Shown: positions 1-8,903 of the stretch, in pieces
How positions within the stretch are numbered: the stretch's first letter is position 1
Layout of the letters: each line of letters starts with the position of its first letter
Source of the DNA: an uncultured bacterium
Lineage (GTDB): Bacteria; Pseudomonadota; Gammaproteobacteria; Burkholderiales; SG8-39
DNA: 64,000 nucleotides
Direction of reading: 5' to 3'
NCBI GenBank assembly: GCA_965233165.1
Contig: CBDDRX010000087.1
Location: 35-64,034 of the forward strand
Made by a program: the position numbers and the translations under genes
Notes under the pieces: model-generated
What the model was told of the DNA's origin: nothing
Databases searched by the model: none
The model's input: only the letters and a program-made list of their open reading frames with translations

Positions 1-89
1 GCAGACCGGTCTATAGATGCGCGCTTGGCGCGATCACTACTCAGACGGAAGCTTCGGCTTCCAAAAGACTTCACTTCTTCAATCTTCTA

Positions 90-203
90 CCTGGCGGCCA
101 TAGCAGCCTGGACCCACACCTTCCCATCCCGAACAGGACCGTGAAACGGGTTTGCGCCGATGATAGTGTGCAATTGCGTACGCGAAAGTAGGTTACCGCC
201 AGA
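90..203 (+). rRNA. rrf: 5S ribosomal RNA (last gene of an rRNA operon)
   Basis: CCTGGCGGCCATAGC...CCCATCCCGAAC..GTGAAAC...GCCGATGATAGTGTG...GAAAGTAGGTTACCGCCAG; complementary ends and conserved 5S motifs; ends uncertain by about 2 nt. Confidence 0.96.
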
Positions 204-212
204 CCCATCCTG

Positions 213-245
213 AAAAGCCCGATCTCGAAAGAGGTCGGGCTTTTT
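213..245 (+). terminator. Intrinsic terminator of the rRNA operon
   Basis: AAAAGCCCGATCTC-GAAA-GAGGTCGGGCTTTTT hairpin with T-tract directly after the 5S gene. Confidence 0.9.
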
Positions 246-277
246 GCTTTTCGCGGCCGGTGGGAAGATCCACGCCC

Positions 278-1717
278 ATGATCGTGCGCCGGCTCCTGAA
301 GGGCCTTCTGATCCTCGCCGGCGCCGTTGTCGGCGGCCTGGCGCTCATCTTCGTCGTCCTCGCCGTGGCGGCCGCCTACCATGCGACACCGGCGCTGCGC
401 GCCGGCCTCGAGCAGGCGGCAGTGCACGCCCGCTCGGACGCCCCTCACCGGATCCATCTCCTCGACGACGGCGCCGCCTCACTGGAGCGGCGACTGGCGC
501 TGATCGCCATGGCCCGGGAATCCATCGAGCTCGAGTTCTTCATCTACAACGTGGATGAGGCAAGCCGGCTCGTCACCCAGGCGCTCATGGCCAAGGCGGC
601 TCAGGGCGTGAAGGTCCGTCTCCTGGTCGACTTCTCCGCCCCGGTGTTCCAGCTCAAACCCGTGTACGCGCGGTTTCTGCGCGCGAACGGAGTGGACGTG
701 CGCTACTACAACACGGCCGCCCTCTATCGCCTTTTCAGCGTGCAGCATCGCAGCCATCGCAAGCTCCTGATAATCGACGGGCAAACGGTGCTTACAGGGG
801 GCCGCAACATCGCCGACGACTACTTCGACCTCTCGCCCCGCTACAACTTTATCGACAGCGACATCCAGGTCGACGGCCCGATCGTGCGCGCCGTGCAGGC
901 GAGCTTCGACCAGTACTGGAACTCGGCGCTCGCCGAGGCGCCCGAAGGCATCGAGGAGCCCTTAGGCACCGACGACCTTGATCACGCGCAAAAGCGGTTC
1001 TTGCCGCGACCCGGCGACGCAGATCTGGTTCGCGCGGCGGGGGGAAGCGCCACGCCGCCGGCGTTCGTCTGCCGGGATCTCTCCTTCACCACGGACCTGC
1101 CGGAGAAGGGCGAGGCCAACCGGCGTGTGTTCGCCACCATCAGCGAGATCGGCGCTGCTGCGCGGCACGAGGTCTGGGTCGAGTCGCCATACTTCGTGAT
1201 CAAGGACGATGGGCACGCGCTCATGGTGCAGATGCGCCGCAACGGCGCGCGAATCCGCGTGCTCACCAACAGCCTGCACTCGACCGACGCGTTCTACACG
1301 GTCGCCTCCCTCTACTCGAAGCGCGACTGGATCGCGGCCTCCGGGATCGAGCTCTATGCTTACGGCGGCGCTGCGCCGCGGCGGCTTGCCGACTCAGCGC
1401 CGGGCCGCGGGGCGCGCTGGGGCATCCATTCGAAGCGGGCAGTCGTGGACGCTCACACGGTCGTCGTCGGCACCTACAACGTGGACCCGCGGTCCGCCAA
1501 CCTGAATTCCGAGCTGATCGTCGTCTGCCGGGACCAGCCGGAGCTTGCGGCGGCGGTACTGGCCAGCATCGCGGAGCGAGCGCAGCAGGCCGTGCGGGTG
1601 ATGGCGGACGGCGCGGTGACCGACGAGGAGGCGCTTTTCGGCCGAAGCGGCACCCGCGAGAGACTCTGCCTGTACCTCTCCATCCCGCTCGCCTGGCTCT
1701 TTGACTCCCTGCTCTAG
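278..1717 (+). CDS. Phospholipase D family protein (cardiolipin synthase ClsC-like)
   Basis: Two HKD motifs (HRKLLIIDG, HSKRAVVD..GTYNVDPRS) and an N-terminal TM helix; ATG 278 preferred over GTG 260. Confidence 0.88.
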   Translation: MIVRRLLKGLLILAGAVVGGLALIFVVLAVAAAYHATPALRAGLEQAAVHARSDAPHRIHLLDDGAASLERRLALIAMARESIELEFFIYNVDEASRLVTQALMAKAAQGVKVRLLVDFSAPVFQLKPVYARFLRANGVDVRYYNTAALYRLFSVQHRSHRKLLIIDGQTVLTGGRNIADDYFDLSPRYNFIDSDIQVDGPIVRAVQASFDQYWNSALAEAPEGIEEPLGTDDLDHAQKRFLPRPGDADLVRAAGGSATPPAFVCRDLSFTTDLPEKGEANRRVFATISEIGAAARHEVWVESPYFVIKDDGHALMVQMRRNGARIRVLTNSLHSTDAFYTVASLYSKRDWIAASGIELYAYGGAAPRRLADSAPGRGARWGIHSKRAVVDAHTVVVGTYNVDPRSANLNSELIVVCRDQPELAAAVLASIAERAQQAVRVMADGAVTDEEALFGRSGTRERLCLYLSIPLAWLFDSLL

Positions 1718-2427
1718 GGGACTGCGCTTTCGCCCGCGTACCGCATCAAGGCGCGGGCGTAGGCGGGTGCAGTCGGTTCGTGCATGAAATAGACGTGGAT
1801 GCTCGTCCACCGCGTTTCGAGCAGCCGTCTTGCCCAGCGGTCGAGGTCTTCATCCGCATAATTCTCCAGCCTGAGGCGCACGTATCCCCACGGCGCGGTT
1901 TCTACCAGCGGCGGTGGCGCGTTGTCCTCGCGCTCGGACAGGCACAGCGCCGCGCCGGCCTTGCGCAGCGCCTCGTACACGGCGTCGCTGAACCAGGTCT
2001 CATTGCGGAACTCGAATGCGGCGCCATGCCCGGCGGGCAGCAGCGCAAGGAACGCCTGCAGCTTCGGCAGATCCATCTTCAGGAACGGAGGAAGCTGGAA
2101 CAGCACGGGCCCGCGCTTCGCGCCCAGGGTGGCCAGCGTCCTGTACAAGTAGGCGAGCGGGTCTGCCGCCGTCTCCGCGTTGAGGCGCGAAAGGTGGGTG
2201 ATGCGGCGTGATGCCTTGATGGCAAAGCGGAACGCGGCCGGCGTGGCCTGGGCCCAGTTCTCGAGGACGGCCGCCTTGGGCAGCTGGTAAAAGGTGTTGT
2301 TGATCTCCACGGTCGGCAGGCGCTCGCCGTAGAAGCGCAGCATTCCATCGGGCTTCATGTCCGCCGGGTAGAAGCTGCCTTTCCACTCCTTGAACGAATA
2401 GCCGCTCGCACCGGCCAGCAGCCGCAT
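1714..2427 (-). CDS. DUF72 (YecE/YunF-like) TIM-barrel protein
   Basis: GASGYSFKEWKGSFYP, TVEINNTFY, FAIKA, LFQLPP, AFEFRN, YVRL motifs. Confidence 0.9.
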   Translation of the reverse strand: MRLLAGASGYSFKEWKGSFYPADMKPDGMLRFYGERLPTVEINNTFYQLPKAAVLENWAQATPAAFRFAIKASRRITHLSRLNAETAADPLAYLYRTLATLGAKRGPVLFQLPPFLKMDLPKLQAFLALLPAGHGAAFEFRNETWFSDAVYEALRKAGAALCLSEREDNAPPPLVETAPWGYVRLRLENYADEDLDRWARRLLETRWTSIHVYFMHEPTAPAYARALMRYAGESAVP

Positions 2428-2450
2428 GGGGTTGCTCCTAGAATTTGCGC

Positions 2451-5099
2451 ATGGCGAAGCCGAAGCTCGGCGAGTACGCCGCGAAGCGCAGGTTCGAAGC
2501 TACACCGGAGCCTGCCCCGTCGGCAACGACCGCCCGCGAGGGCCCGCTGCTGTTCGTCATCCAGCAGCATTCGGCGCGCCGGCTCCACTACGACTTCCGC
2601 CTCGAATGCGAGGGCGTGCTGAAGTCCTGGGCGGTGCCGAAAGGCCCCTCGCCGGATCCGGGCGAGAAGCGCCTCGCCGTTCGCACCGAGGATCATCCCT
2701 TCGAGTACGGATCCTTCGAGGGGGTGATCCCGCCGGGGCAATACGGCGCTGGAGAGGTCATCGTCTGGGACTGTGGCGTCTATTCTCCAGACGAGGGCGG
2801 CCATTGGTTCCACGACCGCGCCGAAGCCGAGCGCCGCGTGCTCGATGGGCTGGCGCGCGGCAAGCTGAGCCTGTTCCTGCGGGGCGAGAAGGTTAAGGGC
2901 TCCTATGCCCTCGTGCGGACGGGGGCCCCGAAGAGCTGGCTGCTCATCAAGCACAAGGATCGGTTCGCGGGACGGAGTGACCTCGCGCAGCGCGACCGAT
3001 CCGTGCTCTCCGGCCTGTCGGTCGGCGAGCTGAAGAGCCATCCCGTAAGCCGCCTGGACGCCTCGCGCCTGGCGCCGGCAGGCACGGCACGGCCCATGCC
3101 GGAGAAAATCGCGCCGATGCAGGCTGAACTGGGCGAGAAAGCCTTCAACCACGCCGACTGGATGTGGGAGCCGAAGCTCGATGGTTACCGCGCGCTGGCG
3201 TTTGTCCGCCCGGGCGGCGGGGTGGAGCTGCGCTCGCGGAAGGGACTCGACCTCGCGGCAGATTTTCCGGCGGTCACGTCCGAGCTGGCCGCGCAACTCG
3301 TGAACGCCATGGTGCTGGACGGGGAGCTCGTCGCGTTCGATGCAGGCGGAAAGCCTTCCTTCGGGGCGATGCAGAACGGAAGCACGAACGCCGTCTACTG
3401 CTGCTTCGACCTGCTTTACTTCGAAGGGGTCGACCTTCGCGGCAGGCCTTACGCGGAGCGACGCCGCTACCTGGCGCAATGCCTGTTGCCTTCGCCCCGG
3501 GTCCAGCTCGTGCACGCGGCGGAAGACGGCTTGGCGCTCCACGAGGCGGCGCTTGCGAGCGGGCTCGAAGGCAGCGTCGGGAAGCGAAAGGACAGCCGCT
3601 ACGAGTCCGGGCGCCGGTCCCCCTCGTGGAAGAAAGTGAAGGCGACCCGGAGCGCAGACTTCGTCATCGGCGGCTATACGAAGGGAAAGAGCTCGCGCGC
3701 AGAGCTGGGCGCTCTTCTGGTGGGCTACTGGGAAGGGCGCAAGCTCGTCTATGCCTCCCATGTCGGCTCCGGGTTCGACGATCGTTCCCTCGCCGCGATC
3801 CGCCGGCGGCTCGACGAGCGCCGACGCAGCACGAGCCCTTTCGCGGTCGAGCCGGTACTGAACGCGCCGGCGACATGGGTGGAGCCGGAGCTGGTGGCGG
3901 AGGTCCGCTACCAGGACTGGACCAGCGATGGCCACTTGCGCGCGCCGGTATTTCTGCGCCTGCGCGACGATCTGGAGGCCAAGGACGTGAAGCGCGCGCG
4001 AGCCGAAGCCCGCCCGCCCGCACGCGAGGGGATCATCGGTGAGATCGTCGCGCAGCTGGAGAGCGCGAGAACGAGCCTCACGCTGCGCGTCGGCGAGCAC
4101 GCGATCCGGCTCACGCACCTCGATCGCGTCTACTGGCCGGCCGATCCGGGCCTGCGGCAGCCGGCGGTAACGAAGCGTGACCTGCTGCGCTATTTCGCCG
4201 AGGTCTCGCCCTTCATGCTGCCCCACCTCGCTGACCGGCCGCTTACCATGATCCGCATGCCGGATGGCATCGGCGGGCAGCGGTTTTTCCAGAAGCACTG
4301 GGGGCAGGAGCGTCCTTCGTTTGCGGAGACCGTTACGGTGTACTCCGGGCACAAGGAGGAGAGCCATGCCTACCTCCTGTGCAACAACCTGCCGACGCTC
4401 CTGTGGCTCGCCCAGTCCGGCACCCTGGAGTTCCACGTGTGGCACTCCCGCGCCCGGGTCGGGGCGGACGCGCCGAGCAGGGAGATCGACTATGCGAGCT
4501 CGCTCGATTCGCTCGAGCGCTCGGTGCTCAACTACCCGGACTACGTGGTTTTCGACATCGACCCGTACATCTACTCGGGGAAGGAAGCCCAGGGCGGCGA
4601 GCCGGAGCTCAACACCATCGCCTTCGAGAAGGGCAAGGAAGTCGCGTTCCGCCTGCGCGAGCTGCTGCAGGGCATGTCACTCGAGTCCATCGTGAAGACC
4701 TCCGGGAAGACGGGCCTGCACGTCTTTGTGCCGATCCGCCGCACGATCGATTTCGACGCCGCCCGGGAAGTGAGCGAGCTGGTCGGACGGCACCTGATGC
4801 GCCGGCACCCCAAGGACATCACCCTTGAATGGAGCGTGCCAAAGCGGACCGGAAAGATCTTCATGGACTACAACATGAACGTGCGGGGCAAGACGCTGAA
4901 CGTCGCATACTCGCCACGGGGTGCGGCCGGGGCGCCCGTCTCGATGCCGCTTGCCTGGGAGGAGCTTGCGGGCGCCCATCCGCTGGATTTCCGCATCGGC
5001 AACGTGCCGCAGCGCCTTGCGCGGTCCGGCGATCGCTGGCGCGACGCCCTCGATCGGAAGCAGGACCTGGAGGGCGCCCTCAAACGCCCGAAGGCATAA
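2451..5099 (+). CDS. ligD: NHEJ DNA ligase D (phosphoesterase-ligase-polymerase order)
   Basis: PE domain (QQHSARRLHYDFRLE, KSWAVPKGP), ligase motif I EPKLDGYR, polymerase domain (FDIDP, KTSGKTGLHV). Confidence 0.96.
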   Translation: MAKPKLGEYAAKRRFEATPEPAPSATTAREGPLLFVIQQHSARRLHYDFRLECEGVLKSWAVPKGPSPDPGEKRLAVRTEDHPFEYGSFEGVIPPGQYGAGEVIVWDCGVYSPDEGGHWFHDRAEAERRVLDGLARGKLSLFLRGEKVKGSYALVRTGAPKSWLLIKHKDRFAGRSDLAQRDRSVLSGLSVGELKSHPVSRLDASRLAPAGTARPMPEKIAPMQAELGEKAFNHADWMWEPKLDGYRALAFVRPGGGVELRSRKGLDLAADFPAVTSELAAQLVNAMVLDGELVAFDAGGKPSFGAMQNGSTNAVYCCFDLLYFEGVDLRGRPYAERRRYLAQCLLPSPRVQLVHAAEDGLALHEAALASGLEGSVGKRKDSRYESGRRSPSWKKVKATRSADFVIGGYTKGKSSRAELGALLVGYWEGRKLVYASHVGSGFDDRSLAAIRRRLDERRRSTSPFAVEPVLNAPATWVEPELVAEVRYQDWTSDGHLRAPVFLRLRDDLEAKDVKRARAEARPPAREGIIGEIVAQLESARTSLTLRVGEHAIRLTHLDRVYWPADPGLRQPAVTKRDLLRYFAEVSPFMLPHLADRPLTMIRMPDGIGGQRFFQKHWGQERPSFAETVTVYSGHKEESHAYLLCNNLPTLLWLAQSGTLEFHVWHSRARVGADAPSREIDYASSLDSLERSVLNYPDYVVFDIDPYIYSGKEAQGGEPELNTIAFEKGKEVAFRLRELLQGMSLESIVKTSGKTGLHVFVPIRRTIDFDAAREVSELVGRHLMRRHPKDITLEWSVPKRTGKIFMDYNMNVRGKTLNVAYSPRGAAGAPVSMPLAWEELAGAHPLDFRIGNVPQRLARSGDRWRDALDRKQDLEGALKRPKA

Positions 5100-5165
5100 T
5101 GGCGTATCCTTCGAATCCTTCGCTTGAAGTACGTCTTACAAGTCGATGATTTAAAGAGGTGAATC

Positions 5166-6041
5166 ATGGCTGCACGCTCGATAGCGTCGCTGACGATTTC
5201 CTTCGGGATGGTGTCCATCCCCGTCAAGCTCTACTCGGCCACCGAGTCGAGCCGCGCGATCTCGTTCAACATGTTGCACAAGGGTTGCGGCTCGCGCCTC
5301 AAGCAGCAGTACCTGTGCGCCAGGGAAGAGGTCGTCGTGGCGCGCGAAGACATGGTCAAGGGCTATGAATTCGCCAAGGACCAGTACGTGATGTTCACGC
5401 CGGAGGAGCTGAAGGCGCTCGAGGAAACCGGCACGCAGAGCGCGGAAATCACCGAGTTCGTGCCGCTCAAGACCGTCGATCCGGTGTATTTCGACAAGGC
5501 GTACTACCTCGGGCCGGACAAGGGCGGCGCCAAGCCCTACGCGCTGCTCGCGCGCGCACTTCGCGAGTCCGGGCGCTGCGCGCTTGGCCGCTGGGCGACG
5601 CGCGGGAAGCAGTACATCGTCATGATCCGTCCCGTGGAAGACCTCGTGGAAGGGCTGGTCATGCAGCAGTTGCTCTACGCTGGCGAGGTTCGTTCCATGC
5701 GCGACGTCGACATTCCGAAGATGGACGTGAAGCCTGCGGAGCTCAAGCTCGCGCAACAACTCATCGAGCAGCAGTCCGCGGACAGGTTCGATCCGGCTGC
5801 ATACACCGACGACGTGCGCGCGCGCATCGAGGCCGCGATCCAGAAGAAGGTCGAGGGGCAGGAGATCACGCTGACCGAGCAGCCCGAAGGCGGCGGGCAG
5901 GTCATCGACCTCATGGAGGCCCTGCGCGCCAGCCTGGAGAAGAAGGCGCCGGCCAAAGGCGCACCGGCGGAAGAGGCGCGCAAGGCGCCGAAGCGGGCCG
6001 CGCCGGCACCGGCCGCAGCGCGGAAGAACGCCAGGAAGTAG
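5166..6041 (+). CDS. ku: NHEJ DNA end-binding protein Ku
   Basis: ISFGMVSIPVKLYSAT, VKGYE, VIDLMEALRASL, basic C-terminal tail; GAGGTG SD. Confidence 0.96.
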   Translation: MAARSIASLTISFGMVSIPVKLYSATESSRAISFNMLHKGCGSRLKQQYLCAREEVVVAREDMVKGYEFAKDQYVMFTPEELKALEETGTQSAEITEFVPLKTVDPVYFDKAYYLGPDKGGAKPYALLARALRESGRCALGRWATRGKQYIVMIRPVEDLVEGLVMQQLLYAGEVRSMRDVDIPKMDVKPAELKLAQQLIEQQSADRFDPAAYTDDVRARIEAAIQKKVEGQEITLTEQPEGGGQVIDLMEALRASLEKKAPAKGAPAEEARKAPKRAAPAPAAARKNARK

Positions 6042-6055
6042 CCGCGGCGCGCGCC

Positions 6056-6775
6056 ATGCACCAATACGGCGTGCGCGAAGTGGAGAAACTGCTCCGCCTG
6101 CCGCGCAGCACGATCCGTTCCCTGGTGCAAGCCGGCTTCGTCTCTCCCGCGCGCGGCCCGCGGCGCGCGTGGCTGTTCTCATTCCGCGACCTGATCGTGC
6201 TGAGAACGGCGCAGGCACTGGCAGCGGCCAACGTCCCGCGCAAGCGCATCACCCGGTCCATCCGCGAGCTGCGCCGCCATCTTCCCCCATCGATGCCTCT
6301 GTCCGGCCTCAGGATCAGCGCCGAGGCGGATCGCGTCGTCGTGCGCGAAGGCGCGCAGCGGTGGCGCGCCGACTCCGGGCAGTACCTGCTGGCGTTCGGC
6401 GGCGACCCGGCCAACGGTTCGCTGACCGTGATGGAGAAGCGGCCCGAGACTGCGCCGCCTGGCGATCCCGAGGCCTACATCGATCTCGGCGTCGAGCTCC
6501 ATGAGCAAGGCGAGCTTGCGGCGGCCGAGCGCACATACCGGGAAGGCCTCGCGGAAGGTGGGCCGCACGCGCGGGCGCTCTTCAACCTCGGGGTGCTGCT
6601 GGAAGACATGCAGCGCGGCGCCGAGGCGATCGATGCATACCGAGCGGCGTTGCGGGAGGACGTGCGCTTCGCAGACTGCCACTACAACCTCGCGCTGCTG
6701 TGCGAGGCGCTCGGGCACCCCCGCGACGCGATCCGGCATATGGCGCAATACCGGCGGCTGGCTGGGCGCAGCTAG
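6056..6775 (+). CDS. MerR-like HTH plus TPR repeat protein
   Basis: N-terminal YGVREVEKLL..RSTIRSL..GFVSP..FSFRDL (MerR-type wHTH); C-terminal TPRs (ALFNLGVLL, ADCHYNLALL); 14 bp after ku. Confidence 0.8.
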   Translation: MHQYGVREVEKLLRLPRSTIRSLVQAGFVSPARGPRRAWLFSFRDLIVLRTAQALAAANVPRKRITRSIRELRRHLPPSMPLSGLRISAEADRVVVREGAQRWRADSGQYLLAFGGDPANGSLTVMEKRPETAPPGDPEAYIDLGVELHEQGELAAAERTYREGLAEGGPHARALFNLGVLLEDMQRGAEAIDAYRAALREDVRFADCHYNLALLCEALGHPRDAIRHMAQYRRLAGRS

Positions 6776-6877
6776 CGCGGGCTTGCAGATTCTTAACAAT
6801 CGCGTGACACGGACTGACCCGGGCGGCGGGGCGTCCGCTTATAGTGCGAAGCGGGCCGGGGACTGTTTGCCCGGTAC

Positions 6878-6915
6878 TTGACAAAACGCACGTATCCCAT
6901 TGATATGCCAATGGG
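6878..6915 (+). promoter_or_regulatory. Probable sigma70-type promoter of the che operon with an inverted-repeat operator candidate
   Basis: Perfect TTGACA at 6878-6883; CCCATTG-N6-CAATGGG at 6896-6915 over the expected -10. Confidence 0.45.
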
Positions 6916-6934
6916 GAAAGGTAGTCAAAACAAA

Positions 6935-7240
6935 GTGGCCAAGACGAGCAAAGCCGCAGCGCCGGGGAGATCGATCAAGCTGGGACGCGATCTGAGGATC
7001 GCGACGGCTTCCTCGACGTTCCACGCGTTGCGCGAGGCGGCCGGCGGCCCGGACGGCAAGGTCGTGCTGGATGCGCGGCTTGTCGAGAAGGCCGACGCCG
7101 CGGGCCTGCAGGCGCTGCTCGCCGGACGGCTGGCATTGCTGCAGGCGGGCAAGAGCGTCGCCTGGACCGAGTGCACGCCGCACCTGAAGGCCGCGGCCGG
7201 CATGCTCGGGCTGGCGGATGCGCTCGGATTGCCGCAATGA
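6935..7240 (+). CDS. STAS domain protein
   Basis: VVLDARLVEKADAAGLQALL..AAGMLGL STAS_2-like pattern; start uncertain (GTG 6935 chosen). Confidence 0.8.
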   Translation: MAKTSKAAAPGRSIKLGRDLRIATASSTFHALREAAGGPDGKVVLDARLVEKADAAGLQALLAGRLALLQAGKSVAWTECTPHLKAAAGMLGLADALGLPQ

Positions 7241-8517
7241 GGCAGTTGCGGTTCAAGCTGTACGCTTACCGCAACCGCCTGATGCCGATGTTCGTCCTGA
7301 TCATGGTGCCCTGGCTCACCATCGCGCCCTGGGCGCCCTGGTGGCTGCTCTCGATCTCGATCCCGCTGCTCTTCATCTCCGCCTGGCTGCTGCTCCTGCA
7401 CGTGCTGCCGATGCCGCCGGCCACGCGCCGCACCAGCGACGACCGGCGCGTATCCGACGCCGATATCGCGCGCGTGCGCAAGAACGCCGATGGCGACGCG
7501 CAGCAGCTCCTCGTGCGCATGGCCAGCGTGACGCGCGAATCCAAGGCGCAACTCGAGGAAGTCGACCAGCAGGTCACCGAGGTGATGACGCACGCGGAGT
7601 CGGCGGTCGTCGAGATCGGCAAGCGCTTCGTCGAGGTGACCCGCAAGACGCGCAAGCAGGTCGAGCTCGCCGTCGGCCTGCTCAGCAACACCCGCGCGGA
7701 AGCGGAGCAGGGCGAGGCGGCTGAATCCCTCACCGACTACATCCATGCCAGCGACGTGCTCCTCAAGGACCTCGGCAAGCAGCTCTCGGGCCTGGGCGCC
7801 GAGCTCGCCTCGCTCGCCGCGCGGCAGGAGGCGGTGCGCGAGGACTCGAAGAAGATCGACGGCGCGCTCGACCAGCTCGCCGGCCTCGCGAGCCAGATCC
7901 GCGTGCTCGCGCTCGACAGCTCGCGCCGCGGCAGCTCCGACAACCGCGCCTTCGTCGAGATGACCGACCGGGTGCGCGACCTGTCCATGAACGCCGACGA
8001 CTCGGCGCGCGCCATCCGCCGCATCCTCGAGGACATCAAGGCGAATGCCGGCTCCACGGACAACGCCATCCGCGCGCTCGCCATGCAGGCGCGCGATGCC
8101 GGGCGCAAGTCGAACGAGCAGGTGACGGAGCTCACCGGCGCCACGCTGACGAAGATGCAGGAAGTGAACGAAGCGCTGGGCGAGATCGGCGGCCTTGGCG
8201 AGCGCATCCAGGCGGACATCAACCAAATCGTCATCGAGCTGCAGTTCCAGGACATCACGCAGCAGAAGCTGCAGCGCCTGAAGGCGCCGATCCTGACCGA
8301 GCTCGCGTCGTCGTGGCTGACAATGTTCGAGGAGACCCGTGCATTCAACAGCCGGCTGAGCAAGGGCGAGAAGCCCGAGCTGCAGCCGACGCATTTCCGC
8401 GTCAGTCGCAAGGGCGGGCCGGAGCTCCCGGACAAGCCCCGGACCGAGCCGCAGCCCGCCTCGGGCGGGGCGTCGGAGCCCAAGCGCGACGACGGCAACA
8501 AGGTCGAGCTCTTCTGA
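7237..8517 (+). CDS. Atypical methyl-accepting chemotaxis-like protein with degenerate signalling tip
   Basis: ATGA overlap with STAS stop; two adjacent TM helices, long coiled coil, LQFQDITQQ motif, C-terminal KVELF. Confidence 0.75.
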   Translation: MRQLRFKLYAYRNRLMPMFVLIMVPWLTIAPWAPWWLLSISIPLLFISAWLLLLHVLPMPPATRRTSDDRRVSDADIARVRKNADGDAQQLLVRMASVTRESKAQLEEVDQQVTEVMTHAESAVVEIGKRFVEVTRKTRKQVELAVGLLSNTRAEAEQGEAAESLTDYIHASDVLLKDLGKQLSGLGAELASLAARQEAVREDSKKIDGALDQLAGLASQIRVLALDSSRRGSSDNRAFVEMTDRVRDLSMNADDSARAIRRILEDIKANAGSTDNAIRALAMQARDAGRKSNEQVTELTGATLTKMQEVNEALGEIGGLGERIQADINQIVIELQFQDITQQKLQRLKAPILTELASSWLTMFEETRAFNSRLSKGEKPELQPTHFRVSRKGGPELPDKPRTEPQPASGGASEPKRDDGNKVELF

Positions 8518-8528
8518 GGGGGTAGGAC

Positions 8529-8891
8529 ATGGCAGCGATCCTGGTCGTGGACGACTCGACCACCATGCGGCAGATGGTGGCGTTCACGCTGAGCAGCGCC
8601 GGTCACGACGTGACCGAGGCGCCGGACGGCAATAAGGCGCTCGCGACCGCGAAGCAGAAGAAATTCGATCTGGTCATCACCGACGTGAACATGCCGGGGA
8701 TGAACGGGATCGACCTGGTGCAGAGCCTGCGCGCGCTGCCCGAGTGCAAGTTCATCCCGATCTTGGTCCTCACCACCGAGGCCGGCGCGGAACTGAAGCA
8801 GAAGGGCAAGAGCGCGGGAGCGACCGGCTGGATCGTCAAGCCGTTCAACCCGGAGGTGCTGCTCGACACCCTGAAGAAGGTCCTGGACTGA
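8529..8891 (+). CDS. cheY: Chemotaxis response regulator CheY
   Basis: VVDDS, ITDVNMP, LTTE, WIVKPF. Confidence 0.93.
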   Translation: MAAILVVDDSTTMRQMVAFTLSSAGHDVTEAPDGNKALATAKQKKFDLVITDVNMPGMNGIDLVQSLRALPECKFIPILVLTTEAGAELKQKGKSAGATGWIVKPFNPEVLLDTLKKVLD

Positions 8892-8903
8892 GGAACGCGG
8901 GCA

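Noticed and set aside
47-62. GGAAGC-TTCG-GCTTCC hairpin upstream of the 5S gene
   Set aside because: Most simply a structural element of the 23S-5S spacer; nothing supports a separate ncRNA
71-457. 128-aa minus-strand ORF over the start of the window
   Set aside because: Antisense to the 5S rRNA, terminator and PLD gene; a typical spurious rRNA shadow ORF
5123-5155. Possible MerR-type promoter/operator before ku (TTGAAG plus imperfect palindrome CTTGAAG..CTTACAAG)
   Set aside because: No convincing -10 at 19-bp spacing and the dyad is imperfect
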